Source: Guillardia theta CCMP2712 (Eukaryota > Protista > Cryptophyta). From it: 44,493 nucleotides of DNA. The notes under the pieces are model-generated. The model was not told the origin of the DNA. It saw only the letters and a list, made by a program, of their open reading frames with translations, and did no database searches. Below are positions 25,401-39,745 of this stretch, piece after piece (the stretch's first letter is position 1; the number at the start of each line of letters is the position of its first letter). The stretch lies in contig NW_005434415.1 in NCBI RefSeq assembly GCF_000315625.1, forward strand, positions 8,137-52,629, written 5' to 3'. A program made the translations under genes and the position numbers.

Positions 25401-28274
25401 TATAATATATTAGACTCTGAATATATGCGATTGTTTAATAGGTTTGAATCAGTTTTTAAATGATTGTATAATATATTTGATTCATTAAGTATATGCTCAT
25501 ATAATATACTGTTTGAACTGTTGATAAAGTTTGTGTAGGTATCCGTTTTGAGAAAATTAGAGCTATTGAGATAACTTGTATAGACATCAGTTTTAAGAAA
25601 GTTAGAGCTTGCCAGATTTTGATATGATAGAAATGTATCTAATCCTTGCTGTTTTGTGTAGAAATCAGTTGATAATTCCCATTCTTGATTGTCATTGAAA
25701 TAAAGATTGCCTATGAATCCCGGATTGATGTCGTTTATAAGTGTGCTTGCTGTATGTTTTGTTCTTATATGATTGTATAATACATTTGATTCTTCATATA
25801 TTTTGTCATATAGTATATTAGACTCTTCATATATATAATCATATAATATGTTAGATGTATTTTTAATGGATATATCTGTCTCATATTTGTTATAGACATT
25901 AGGTATGATAACATCATCAATAAAAAAAGTTTTTCCTTTAAATACAATCTTGTATTCTTTAAGGTTTTCATTATTAATCCCAAAAATATATTCATCCAAT
26001 TCTTGTTGTGTCAATTCATTGCCTAATGTTATTACTTCTTCACCTTGAAAAAGAATATTTCTTTCGTCTAAAACGGTTTGTTCTTGTCCATCAATGACAA
26101 GAGTTTTATAAGTGTCGTCATATATAAATGCCTGATTAGGGACTAAATCAAGCTTTTGACCATCTGTAAGATTCCTAGAATATATTTTAATAACTCTACC
26201 TTGTAATTTAGTATTTATAACCTCATCTTCAAGAACCGATATAACAACACCCAATGATAATCGTAAAATATTAATCCACGAGAGAATAAACAGGCCATCA
26301 GCTTTTGAGGTGTTTGTTCCTGACGCTATCAATCCCCCAATGAAGCCCGTTCCAATTGCAAGACCTCCCTTAACAATTTCACCCAAGCCATTGAATAAAT
26401 TAAAACCATTTTCAGCCGTATCGTCCAAATCTTCTAAGGATTGGGCAGCATTTGCGGTTTCTTGCGCGGCAGCATTGTTGTTTAAATCATCTAATTGTTG
26501 TTTAATCTGTTGAATTGTAATAAATGAACCATTTTCAAGTGTGAATTTAATGATATATTTATTAGGGTTAGTCTGATATTTGACATATAATATATTTCTA
26601 TCATTGTTTGTAATTACAGTTTCATTAGTGTCTGGTTTAAATTTTATAAGTGTCTGTAAATCAAGAACATCATTTGATGTATTAAATAAGATATCGTTTG
26701 TTTCTATCAAGTAATTACTAGTTTCTATTAGCAAATCATTAGTTTCAATCAAGTTATTGCTAGTTTCAATGGTTTTAATTTCAAGAGCGTTTGTTTGTTG
26801 AAATAGGAGTGTGACCTCATCATTGAGCACATTTACATTCCCATATAAAACAGTAATATCAGCATTAATGGCATCTAATTCAGGCTGCAATGTGGTTTGA
26901 TTGTTATTGCCTATGTATTGATATGGTTGATGATTATTATTATTACATGCCATGTCTATTTTATTAATTAAAATATTAAAATATTAGTTTGACAGGGTTA
27001 TGTATTATCAATATTCCAGAAGTTTGTTTTAAAGCTCTAGCGGTTTCTTTATGCGTTTTAAGGTATTCTATATCATCTTGATTAATAAGATTAGCATTTA
27101 AGAGCGTGGATAATGCTTTATCATCGCGTAGTATTTTAAGAAGAATGTCTTGTATAAAGTTAATATAATCACGTTTATATTTTCTGTATTGTTTCATATA
27201 GATATCTTTATTCATTTTGATTTTTGGAGAGAAAAAGAATAATAGAAAAGATAGGCTGGTAGAGGGGGGGGTAAAGTAGACCCCCCTTTTTGAAAAGTAG
27301 TTTACGTTGGAGGTTAGTAACGTAAAAAAAAGAGGTAACGCATAGCAGACCTGGAAGCTACCCCCGGAACCCCCCCTCTACTTTTGGGGGGCCTCTACCG
27401 GGCCTTATTTATACTACTCGCGACCCTATTGGTTAAGTGCTGCCCTTTTGGAATTGTTTTTATTAGTGCGTACGGGCCCGCCTAGGCAGGTCAGAGGTCA
27501 TTGTTTTTTTTTTGAGTCGGTGGGAATCGTGGGAATCGAACCGGGGACTGTATGGGCTAGGAAAAAGGATATGACGACTAGGCCAGGATGCCTTAATACC
27601 TTGAAGGGTATAGTTATATATATAGGGGTGTCGGTTGGGTGCTCCGGGACCACTGTGCAGACGGCAGAACGGCAGAAGGGAAGAACGGCCATTGGTCACC
27701 AAGGGGGGAGCAAGCTCCCGCGGCAAGGCTGCGCCATGCCTTTCCGCCCCCTTGCTGAAATCATGTGAAAGCCTGACGAGAATGATAAGGGAAAGTGATA
27801 GAGATAAGAAGGCAGTTGTTCATAGTTGAGTCACGAAGGAAAAGTGTAATACTCAAAAAAGGTCAAATAATCATAGAAGGCAGACGAGAATGATAAGGGA
27901 AGATGAGAGAGATACCGTCAGGGCAGTTGTTCATAGTTTGTTCACGAAGGAAAAGTGTAATACGTCAAAAAAGTCACGAAGGAAAAGTGTGATACTCAAA
28001 AAGGTCAAATAAGTCAAATGGTATTAAGCTGCTAGCGGCTCCTGCCCTCCTCCCTGTCCACCTCTTCTTCTCCTATTTTGTTTTTTCTCTTCCTCTCCCT
28101 TCCTCTCTTCCTAGCTGGGGTCATCATATATCTCCGGTCTGAACTCGTCACAGAGCTGGGAGAGTTCGTCGGCAGCCCGAGCGAGCAGCGGTGTGGCATG
28201 GGAGGCTGCACGTGATGGGCAACATCAGCAACTTGTTCTTGTACTGGGGGCTCGGGCAGAGAAGCCGCGAGTGA
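19466..28274 (+). CDS. Small multi-pass membrane protein (CREST-superfamily-like motifs); 5 exons, last intron 20295-28153 holds the virus-like element
   Basis: Spliced product MTQHAELVLPLHCSVKLLRTSWLATSSVVAAFYFEQYDCAVLALAVLLTSINYWRRPTFGYRRRIDMVCTIFSLSYQLFFFIPYLASLLLGVFCYLKARR|AGRVRRQPERAAVWHGRLHVMGNISNLFLYWGLGQRSRE*. The phase-2 junction AG|gtgag...cacag|A is in frame. Intron 2 appears to use a GC donor. Confidence 0.8.
20555..26953 (-). CDS. 2132-aa modular viral fibre/adhesin-like protein (coiled coil, ESNILY repeats, two LamG/ConA-like domains, collagen GXY, glycine-rich domain, 28-aa C-terminal repeats)
   Basis: Uninterrupted 6.4-kb ORF. Motifs: LSFWWRF...WNHYAFS...VYLNG; GDKGDKGD and GATGPQ; [13 protein letters not shown]...GGSGVVIIKY; LIAWYKFNNNFND...HYCFV...LYIDG...LQDLRIYNKTLS. 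Confidence 0.9.
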   Translation of the reverse strand: MACNNNNHQPYQYIGNNNQTTLQPELDAINADITVLYGNVNVLNDEVTLLFQQTNALEIKTIETSNNLIETNDLLIETSNYLIETNDILFNTSNDVLDLQTLIKFKPDTNETVITNNDRNILYVKYQTNPNKYIIKFTLENGSFITIQQIKQQLDDLNNNAAAQETANAAQSLEDLDDTAENGFNLFNGLGEIVKGGLAIGTGFIGGLIASGTNTSKADGLFILSWINILRLSLGVVISVLEDEVINTKLQGRVIKIYSRNLTDGQKLDLVPNQAFIYDDTYKTLVIDGQEQTVLDERNILFQGEEVITLGNELTQQELDEYIFGINNENLKEYKIVFKGKTFFIDDVIIPNVYNKYETDISIKNTSNILYDYIYEESNILYDKIYEESNVLYNHIRTKHTASTLINDINPGFIGNLYFNDNQEWELSTDFYTKQQGLDTFLSYQNLASSNFLKTDVYTSYLNSSNFLKTDTYTNFINSSNSILYEHILNESNILYNHLKTDSNLLNNRIYSESNILYNVINNEIKNSVNTNNLTVNNSLTFSDKLALNNNNLNITYPLSLSPVKGDVFIGPTSLSINNLLGTSYNNIEFNGTIEDTFKLNISTYRLNFQSNKNLIVNDLLFSQYINLSFWWRFDNTNEARNNGTQEYRLFQIKYENKNGNDGFYDGTEFYWIISDDDSLPDKFLGLRVKIVYINNLQQRVENLRSVIINNNFSNDKTLFYDWNHYAFSISKDIFKVYLNGVLVAMDITPPTANWYQLHPIVIYNYNIRNYILKDGRYSANRGICNIVMNATNGVWSDDDVSKLYNGDVDNVKTKITGGLHLDHLICDNILYGGSFITVNNQTVSTQQSLSTNNNIRRSLTINNEPAKTDIKDLFDSADRQGIFKIYYDEAQQRYISTIETFQLNFKNTRTGNVTITLNNYNSQDITLPDGIKGDKGDKGDTGSTGSQGPKGDKGDSGTNGTNGTNGKNAGQIIFKNYDGTIELAKIGDSNVSTASINVPRGTNAGELKFYNVDGTELLGKIGDANVSSASINLPAAGPKGDSGTNGINAGELKFFNSNGTTLLGKIGDPNVSTQSINLYSAGVNAGQLKFYNSDGSTLLGQIGDANVSSTSINIPAGATGPQGPQGATGPQGATGPQGATGAQGPAGTNCPEIVLLDSQNNELVRFGDSSVSTQNVILPSTGGTTYNFDPAQFLVDDNNNVYLFDEYTNNTYNTTNSALQLTLFNKSISLIFEDKQYDNVLITPELYKFQYSAAGTSKLTPTLSYTGNTTDLIAWYKFNNNFNDSIFTYHLDTTPQGYFLPDPITIPSTNSYLISGSTSDYYVEFVHISGNQTTYNVEFKMDLICDILIVGGGGGGGTAATGGAGYESGGGGAGGVLYMVNKTISAGTYYIYVGNGGAANRNGYDSKITDINNSTLSFDSLSLVGKGGGFGGGGSNGSSGGSGGSGGGAAFNSTSGGTATQGNTFWNGSTYVAGGNNGVGFYVSGGSNRGGAGGGAGANASNGQGGNGRQVDITGTLAYYGGGGGGGNSSNNGGLGGGGNASGTTLNSGTAQAGQSGTGGGGGGSYSSNGSIAGGAGGSGVVIIKYNRTYDFNDFTFSNSEYYKLYYSLQSIDDTPDRRRETSAQLPLISSAQTGLTISFFLKITALKSNPADDFIFSTIDNFIYIKRNGNNLQFTFNNETNISTLTNGYATSTSFKHYCFVNNGTTAYLYIDGIAQTLTGTTTSLINTTQNIRIGEFIGYLQDLRIYNKTLSQSEAKDIIGYSGQGTLTVQSFAKPYTNAQIDNKIDNIVIPAGYDDTDTQAYLTANNYITLTDLKDESNVLYAHTLTESNILFNQIKDESNVLYTFIQNIDIPAGYSDTDVQSYLTANDYLTSGSQFIRSVRSGDFTVTNGELIFSKIQELPFISSASADFTVTLGYLELASAPFTSANQFIQSVNSSFTVTGNQLALSFTPFTSANQFIQSVNSSFTVTGNQLALSFTPFTSSSQYIQSVNSSYFSVTGNQLSLSFTPLISSSQYIQSVNSSFTVTGNQLALSFTPFTSANQFIQSVNSSFTVTGNQLALSFTPFTSSDQFIKSVNTNNLSVNASGQLDIISVPSNFISSVSSDFNVTGGLLSLANSYVLQSTFNEPP
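20747..21170 (-). repeat. Coding 84-bp (28-aa) tandem repeat, 5 well-conserved copies plus degenerate flanks
   Basis: Unit FTSANQFIQSVNSSFTVTGNQLALSFTP; one copy has an extra Tyr. Confidence 0.92.
26976..27215 (-). CDS. 79-aa basic virus-like hypothetical protein
   Basis: AT-rich, intronless ORF with an A-rich ATG context (AAAAATCAAAATG). Its stop lies 22 nt upstream of the large ORF on the same strand, as in compact viral genomes. Confidence 0.7.
   Translation of the reverse strand: MNKDIYMKQYRKYKRDYINFIQDILLKILRDDKALSTLLNANLINQDDIEYLKTHKETARALKQTSGILIIHNPVKLIF
27775..28016. repeat. Tandem repeat array at the element end: ~108-bp unit x2, with TCACGAAGGAAAAGTGT(A/G)ATAC x3
   Basis: GACGAGAATGATAAGGGAA at 27775 and 27883; sub-repeat at 27831, 27942 and 27974. 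Confidence 0.9.
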
Positions 28275-29169
28275 AACTCAAGGCTCACTGTTTACACTCC
28301 CTCCCTCCTCCCTCCCCTGGCAAGTTTGGCTAACTCAACTCAGTGATACTGCCATGATCGCCGGGGCGCATGCAGGCCGCTGGTGACTGACTCACAGTGT
28401 CACAGTGGGTGACAGTGTCAGGGTCAAGTCTCCCAGGCTCTACTCTCCTGATTGTGAGGGCCTCCCAGTACTGATTTTCAAGGAGTCTCTCAGTGGTCGA
28501 CTCGCGGCGAGCCTGCCGCCCCCCCCCCCCGCCGGGTGACACGGTGGCACGGTGTTGCCGCCCGCCGATCCGAGACTGAGAGACCCGATACTCAGATGGC
28601 GGCAACTCGAATCCCGACCAGCTACTAGGTGACCGGACGGACTGGGCCTCAGCGGCTCTGCCCACGGTGTTCTCCGTCGGCCTCCGCTGGTGCGGTCCGA
28701 GTCACAGGCTGCTCAGCCTGAGTCCAACTCACTGAGGAGCCCGCAGGGCGGCCCCCCTGGCCCCGGTCACTGCCAGTGACGGACCGTCGGAGGGGGCTGG
28801 GCCCCGGCGTTCAACTGTTGCATCCCAGGCTTCTGGCTTGTTGACGGCCGGGAGCCTGCCCGCCAGGTGATCATCCGGTGATCGGATCCAGCACCAGCCG
28901 GGCTGATCGGGCCCGGCGGCGGCGGCCCCCGGCCCGGGCCGCGACTGAAGCCGGGTCGGGAACAGGCATCCGATCCCCCCGCCCGGGGCGGTCGACTGGC
29001 GGCTTCGGAAGGCCGGGAACAGGCTCGGAATGCCGTGAGACGTTGGACGATGAGTGAGCTGAGCGCTAGGAAGGAGAGAGGAGGTGAAGGGATGGGAGAT
29101 AGAGTTGGTATTAGAATACATCACACGACCAGGAGGAATCAGAGGAAACGATCCGAGCAGCTTCACTTG

Positions 29170-29922
29170 CTACTGGGCCGCTTGCTCCCCATCCATCCTC
29201 CTCCTCAATTCTTCGACTTGACAGCGGAGCGAAGCGATCTCTCCCTTCATGTCCTGCTGCTCTTCCTCCACCTTCAGCATCCTTGCCTGCAAACTCTCTA
29301 TCCTCGCGTCAATACCTGGGCCATCAACGTCATCAACCTCACACTCCCAGAGCAGTAGTCACCGAAGGAGAGGAGATTGCGGAATTCCATGAAGAAGTTG
29401 AGGAGGGAGAAGATGAAGGCTCTCACAGTGATGACGATGCTGCTAGTCAGGCTGCTGCCCAAGGTCGACGCAACTTTCTTCGTCACATGCGCAGAGATCT
29501 TTATGCTCTCAAGGTTGTCTTGGGACATGGACCGGGCAAGGCTGAAGAAGGACTTTCCTCGGAGCTTCAGCCCCTCCTGCCCTTCCTCCCCTTTCTGCAC
29601 AGCGTTGTCGCCCTCCTCCATTTCCTCTCCCTCCTCGTCATCTGCTGCCTCCTCCCCTCTCGGCTTCTCCTCCTCGGCATCCTCCATATCCTCCTGCGCC
29701 GTCCTGGTGACGTGCCCATGGTCAGAGCCTAGGAACGCCCATTGAAACGTCCTGAGCGCGCTGGACATCGATTTGACTGCCCTTGACGCTGGTGTATGGA
29801 GCGTTGCGAGGTCAGCAGCGACAGGAAGGAGGAGGAGGAGGAGGAGGAGAGCTCTGAATCGTGCTACGACAAGGCGTAAGTTGTCCGTTAGCATGGAGAA
29901 CGCTCTTCATACCTCCGGCCAT
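29170..29922 (-). CDS. Hypothetical acidic/coiled-coil protein, multi-exon
   Basis: Exon-like segments ASRAVKSMSSALRTFQ, TAQEDMEDAEEEKPRGEEAADDEEGEE and IDARIESLQARMLKVEEEQQDMKGEIASLRCQVEELRRRMDGEQAAQ*. Start tentative. Confidence 0.55.
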
Positions 29923-30807
29923 GTTGTCTTCACTCGACCTTCAATTCTTGGAGTCTCCAGGGCCAAACCTAGGAGGGAAGTGTGAGTTGCTGCTGATGAG
30001 AAGATGATGAAATGAGCGGTGATAAGGGAGGGGAAGGAAGGAGAGGTGAGGTGAGGTGAGTAAGGTGAGGTGAGGAGAGGAGAGGAGAGGAGAGCAGAGC
30101 AGAGCAGAGCAGAGCAGAGGGGATAGAGGAGAGCAGAGGGGATAGAGGAGAGAAGATGGGGGGAAAGGAGAGGAGAGCAGAGGGGATAGAGGAAAGAAGA
30201 TGGGGGGAGAGGAGAGGAGAGGAGAGGAGAGGAGTGGAGAGGAGAGACCACATGGGGGGAGCAAGATCGGACAGCTCACTTCCTGCTACCTACACACTCT
30301 CATGATCTATGTTTAATTTCATCTTCTATCCTGCCCTGCCCCGCCCTGCCCTCCCATCCCCCAGCGCGCCTACTCCCCTCCTCCTCCCCTTCACTGCCTT
30401 CGCTTTCCCTCCTTCCCTTCACTTGGGATGTCTCCACCCTATTCCTACCCCACCCCCAGAAAATATCCCACCCCACCCTACAATCGCCTTCAAATGACCC
30501 CCAAGAATATATTATAACCATCTCACGATAACCCCACCCCCTGCCTCCAGGGTAACCCGTCCTGCCTCCTGTCCCTCCCTCCTCCCTCCTCCCTCCTCCC
30601 TCCCGTCCCCTCCCCCTCCCCCGTCCTCCCTCCTCCGTCCTCCCTCCTCCGTCCTCACGTTCTCCGAACACTCCTGTGACTTGCTCCCTTCAGTTCGCTC
30701 CTCCTCATCCATCTTCCTCGTTACCCCTCTCTTCTTGCTATCTCTTTCTCTCTCTCCTCCCCTCGCCACTGATCTGCTACCATCTCTGCCCTGCTCTGTC
30801 GGCAACC

Positions 30808-33230
30808 ATGGAGATGATGACTGCTCTCGCTGTCGGAGGCGGCGGTTCCCTCCTCCTCTTCGCCATCGTCCTCTGCGGGGACATGGAATGTTGCGAACGA
30901 GGACCTCTGGGCAGACTCCTCAACCTCCTCACGTCCTTTCTCGGTAAGAAATATCAGAGGCGATGGTTCCTCCTCCCATGCCTCTTCCTTACTTTCTCCG
31001 CCTACATTCCTTCATGTACTATCCCTCCTATCCCCACGTCTCCCTTCAGCGCATATATGCATCGTACCCCCCTCCTCTCCTCTCCTCTCCTCTCCTTTCC
31101 TCTCCTCTCCTTTCCTCTCCTCTCCTCTCCCTCCCTCCCTCCCTCCTTTCCCTCCTCTCCCTCCTCTCCCTCCCTCCCTCCCTCCCTCCTCTCTCTCTCG
31201 GTGGGGTCTCTGTAACTTGTCGATGGCAGATTTCTGGACTAGCGAGAAATTCCTCAAGATTGTCGAGAAAGTTTTGGGTAGAAGATGCGTCGACAGAGTG
31301 ACTGCGATTCAAGGTAGTGGCTCTAGACTGAAAGATATGTAGATCATGATGAGCTAAGAGGAGAGGAGAAGAGACGAAGGGAGTGCAGAGCAGAGCAGAG
31401 AAGAGGGAGCAGAGCAGAGCAGAGCAGAGCAGAGAAGAGAGAGGAGAGGAGGGAAGGGAAGAGGAGGAAAGGCGATGGGTTGACAGGGGATGGGATGGGA
31501 TGGTATACTATGATGTGCTGATCATGGTTTCTGACGCTGTTGTGCTTTGAAGATTATGTGTGCTTTCAACGCAACCCCATCCTGCCGGCGATGTATCTTG
31601 TTCTTGTAGCAGGTGTGACATGTAGCCTCTCGTCGTATACCAACTTGTTGAACATGCGAACAACAGTTGGTTTCACAGTCTTTGTTTCCTTCGCCTTCCC
31701 CTACCTCCCTTACCACGCAGAGAAGGACTGGGGAATCTCTTTCTACCACAAGGTGTTGCTGCTGTGTTGAGACGAGGGAGGAGTCTGACGTGCGAGAAAG
31801 ATCAACGCCTTTCTGATTGTAGGAGGATGCCTTGTGGTGTTCTGGGCGAACCTTTCTGTTGACCCTGGTGTCATCACTCCAGAGAATGTAGAGAGGGAGA
31901 AGAAGGTGAGGAGGAAGAGTGAGTGAGTGAGTGAGTGAGTGAGTGAGTGAGTGAGTGAGTGAGTGAGGAGGAGGAGGAGGAGGAGGAGGAGGAGATGGTG
32001 GTGGTGGAGGTGGTGGTTGAGGAGGAGGAAAATAGAGGAAGGAGGTGGATAGAGGACAAGGAGGTGGAGATAGAGGAGGGGAGAAAAAGAGAGCTGGAAG
32101 GAGTGGGGAGGATGAAGGAGACAGCTGTGGTAGGGGAAGCTTCAACAGAAACAAGAGAAGGGAGCAGGGGAGCAGGAGAACTGGGCGGTAGGAGAGACGA
32201 TAGTCTCGACTGACGTTAAGTTCGCAGAGGTTCGACTATGACGGCATTTTGTATCACGAGAAAGAGTGTTATACGTGCAAGTTTGTTCGCCCAGCGCGAT
32301 CAAAGCACTGTTCTATCTGCGATCGAGTAGGTTGACATGTTTGAATGTCGTTGAGTGACAGCGGTGGCTCAGTGTGTTGGGAGATTCGATCATCACTGCC
32401 CATGGATCAACAACTGTGTTGGATCCAACAACAACAGGTTGAGAAAGGATTGTTGCTGCAGATGATGATTGGATAGTTGTCGTGCTTGACACCATTGGGC
32501 GATATGTGTTTGCACTTGTTGGTCATTTGGTTGTCTTGAACTCGCTCTCATGAGACATTCTGATCTTGTTGATGTTGACATGTCAAACTTTCAGATTGTT
32601 TCTCGCATTCCTTGCATCGCATGTCTTCTTGTGTGGTTATGGAGGAATACTCCTCTTCTACATCCTCGTCGCCATCGTCAAAAAGGAGGTTTGGAACCCC
32701 TTCTCTCTCCCCTCCCTTCCTTCCTCTTCCTTCCTCTCCCTCCCTCTCCCTCCCTTCCCGCCTCCTCCTCCCTCTCCCTCTCCCTCCCTCTCTCTGCTCC
32801 TCCTCCCTTTATTCTCTCCCTCTTCCCCTCCTGTTTCTTCCCGCCTCTTCCTTCCTCTCTCCCTCCCTCCCTCCCTCTCTCTTCTCCTCCTCCCTTTATT
32901 CTCTCCCTCTCCCCCTCCTGTTTCTTCCTCTCCCACCCTTTCCCTCCTTATCTCCTCCCCCCTGCTTCCCCCTTCTTCCCCCTTCTTCTCCTTTCTTCTC
33001 CCTCCTCTCCCTCCTCTCCCTCCTCTTCCTCTTCTCCCTCCTCTCTCTTCCTGCTTCGCTCGCGCTATCGCTCTCCATCTTCATTGCCCTCTCGTCGCAC
33101 TTTCCTCTTCTCCTCCTCGGCGGATCGTTTGCTCTCATTGTGACGTTCTTGTCAGAATCTCTACAACCTACATGTGCAGGATCGTGTGACAGGGCAGATT
33201 TCACCTGTGACGCATGACATAGTCTTGAAG
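30808..33230 (+). CDS. DHHC protein S-palmitoyltransferase (SWF1/ZDHHC4-like); 3' end presumably lost in the assembly gap
   Basis: [53 protein letters not shown]|[22 protein letters not shown]|LFLAFL. Confidence 0.93.
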
Positions 33231-33237
33231 GTTACAA

Positions 33238-33394
<157 letters not shown>

Positions 33395-34067
33395 NNNNNN
33401 NNNNNNNNNNNNNNNNNNNNNNNNNNNNNNNNNNNNNNNNNNNNNNNNNNNNNNNNNNNNNNNNNNNNNNNNNNNNNNNNNNNNNNNNNNNNNNNNNNNN
33501 NNNNNNNNNNNNNNNNNNNNNNNNNNNNNNNNNNNNNNNNNNNNNNNNNNNNNNNNNNNNNNNNNNNNNNNNNNNNNNNNNNNNNNNNNNNNNNNNNNNN
33601 NNNNNNNNNNNNNNNNNNNNNNNNNNNNNNNNNNNNNNNNNNNNNNNNNNNNNNNNNNNNNNNNNNNNNNNNNNNNNNNNNNNNNNNNNNNNNNNNNNNN
33701 NNNNNNNNNNNNNNNNNNNNNNNNNNNNNNNNNNNNNNNNNNNNNNNNNNNNNNNNNNNNNNNNNNNNNNNNNNNNNNNNNNNNNNNNNNNNNNNNNNNN
33801 NNNNNNNNNNNNNNNNNNNNNNNNNNNNNNNNNNNNNNNNNNNNNNNNNNNNNNNNNNNNNNNNNNNNNNNNNNNNNNNNNNNNNNNNNNNNNNNNNNNN
33901 NNNNNNNNNNNNNNNNNNNNNNNNNNNNNNNNNNNNNNNNNNNNNNNNNNNNNNNNNNNNNNNNNNNNNNNNNNNNNNNNNNNNNNNNNNNNNNNNNNNN
34001 NNNNNNNNNNNNNNNNNNNNNNNNNNNNNNNNNNNNNNNNNNNNNNNNNNNNNNNNNNNNNNNNNNN
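33395..34067. other. Assembly gap (N run)
   Basis: Run of N. Confidence 1.
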
Positions 34068-34137
34068 CCTCCTCCTCCTCCTCCTCCTCCCGCGACTTTC
34101 TCTTGGCTAATCACGATTATCATCTTCGTTGCCTGTC

Positions 34138-38925
<4,788 letters not shown>

Positions 38926-39745
38926 TTGTGAAAGGTCACAAGCTCGCCCGTCCCTCGACGTTTACATAGCATCCCTTCACACCCAGCAAGGCATGGTGGG
39001 TGCACGCGTTGGGCATCAAAGCGCCTTGCTGCCTAATCGGAGAGTCGCAGAGCAGTCTCTCAGCTATTACGTAATACCTCCTCTCTCCTCCTCCCTGAAA
39101 TTCTCCTGTGTCAACCTGTCTTTCATCATATCTTCCTACCCCGATCCTATTACAATCACATCAATCTTTCTCCTGACCTACATCTCTTCTCCTATACTCT
39201 TTCACTCCCTCCCTCCCTCCCTCCCTCCCTCCCTTGCCCTGCTCGTCTCCTCGCTCAACTCCAGCCATGCCTGTACTAGAGTTTTTACTTTGCCGATTTC
39301 CGGGACCGCTGAATTTTCTAGCTGGGTGGCTGGACTCCCGATGTAAACGAAGGGGGTAAGAAGTGCGGGGATGAGGGGTCACCTTTTGGGCAGGTCCGTG
39401 CTCCTGGCATGCACATGGGGAGGTCACGTTACTCTGACTGGCATCCGAGGTTTTACTCCTTGACTCTTTACCACACAGGCGGTAGAAATTTTGCGAAATG
39501 CTGTACTTTCATATGGCTGTTGGCCGATTTTCCCTGCGAAACGTTGAGATTTTGCCGCCTCCCCACAGCCCCCGACCTCACGGACCAACTTGAATTGCTC
39601 TCCCCATCCCTCTTTAAACTTCCTGACTAGGCTCGAGCGCACAACCTCGCTCCCGCCGCACACGCTTACCACTCATCCCCCGTCCTTCTACTCCTCCCTC
39701 CCTCCTCCTCGTTGCCTTCCTCCTATACCTCCTCCTCCTTCCTCC

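Larger units (their letters stand above)
20467..28030 (-). mobile_element. Endogenous virus-like DNA element (Polinton-like virus, virophage or NCLDV-type fragment), intronic and antisense to the host gene
   Basis: Abrupt shift to AT-rich composition, intron-free closely packed ORFs, a fibre-like protein, and a structured non-coding end with tandem repeats. Boundaries are estimated from composition only. Confidence 0.8.

Noticed and set aside
22318-26513. Small ORFs overlapping the 2132-aa ORF
   Set aside because: Shadow frames of the large, codon-biased ORF with no independent signal.
27448-27829. Short ORFs in the element's non-coding end
   Set aside because: Mostly non-ATG starts, overlapping on both strands, composition unlike the two viral ORFs, and they cross repeats.
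20300-28016. 9-bp direct repeat AATAAGTCA at 20300-20308 and 28008-28016 as a target-site duplication
   Set aside because: The right copy is part of the element's own tandem unit, ~160 bp of host-like intron would fall inside the element, and the same 9-mer also occurs at 36601. It cannot be accepted without an empty allele.
27775-28016. CRISPR-like array
   Set aside because: The sequence between repeats is itself repeated, spacing is irregular, there are no cas genes and the context is eukaryotic.
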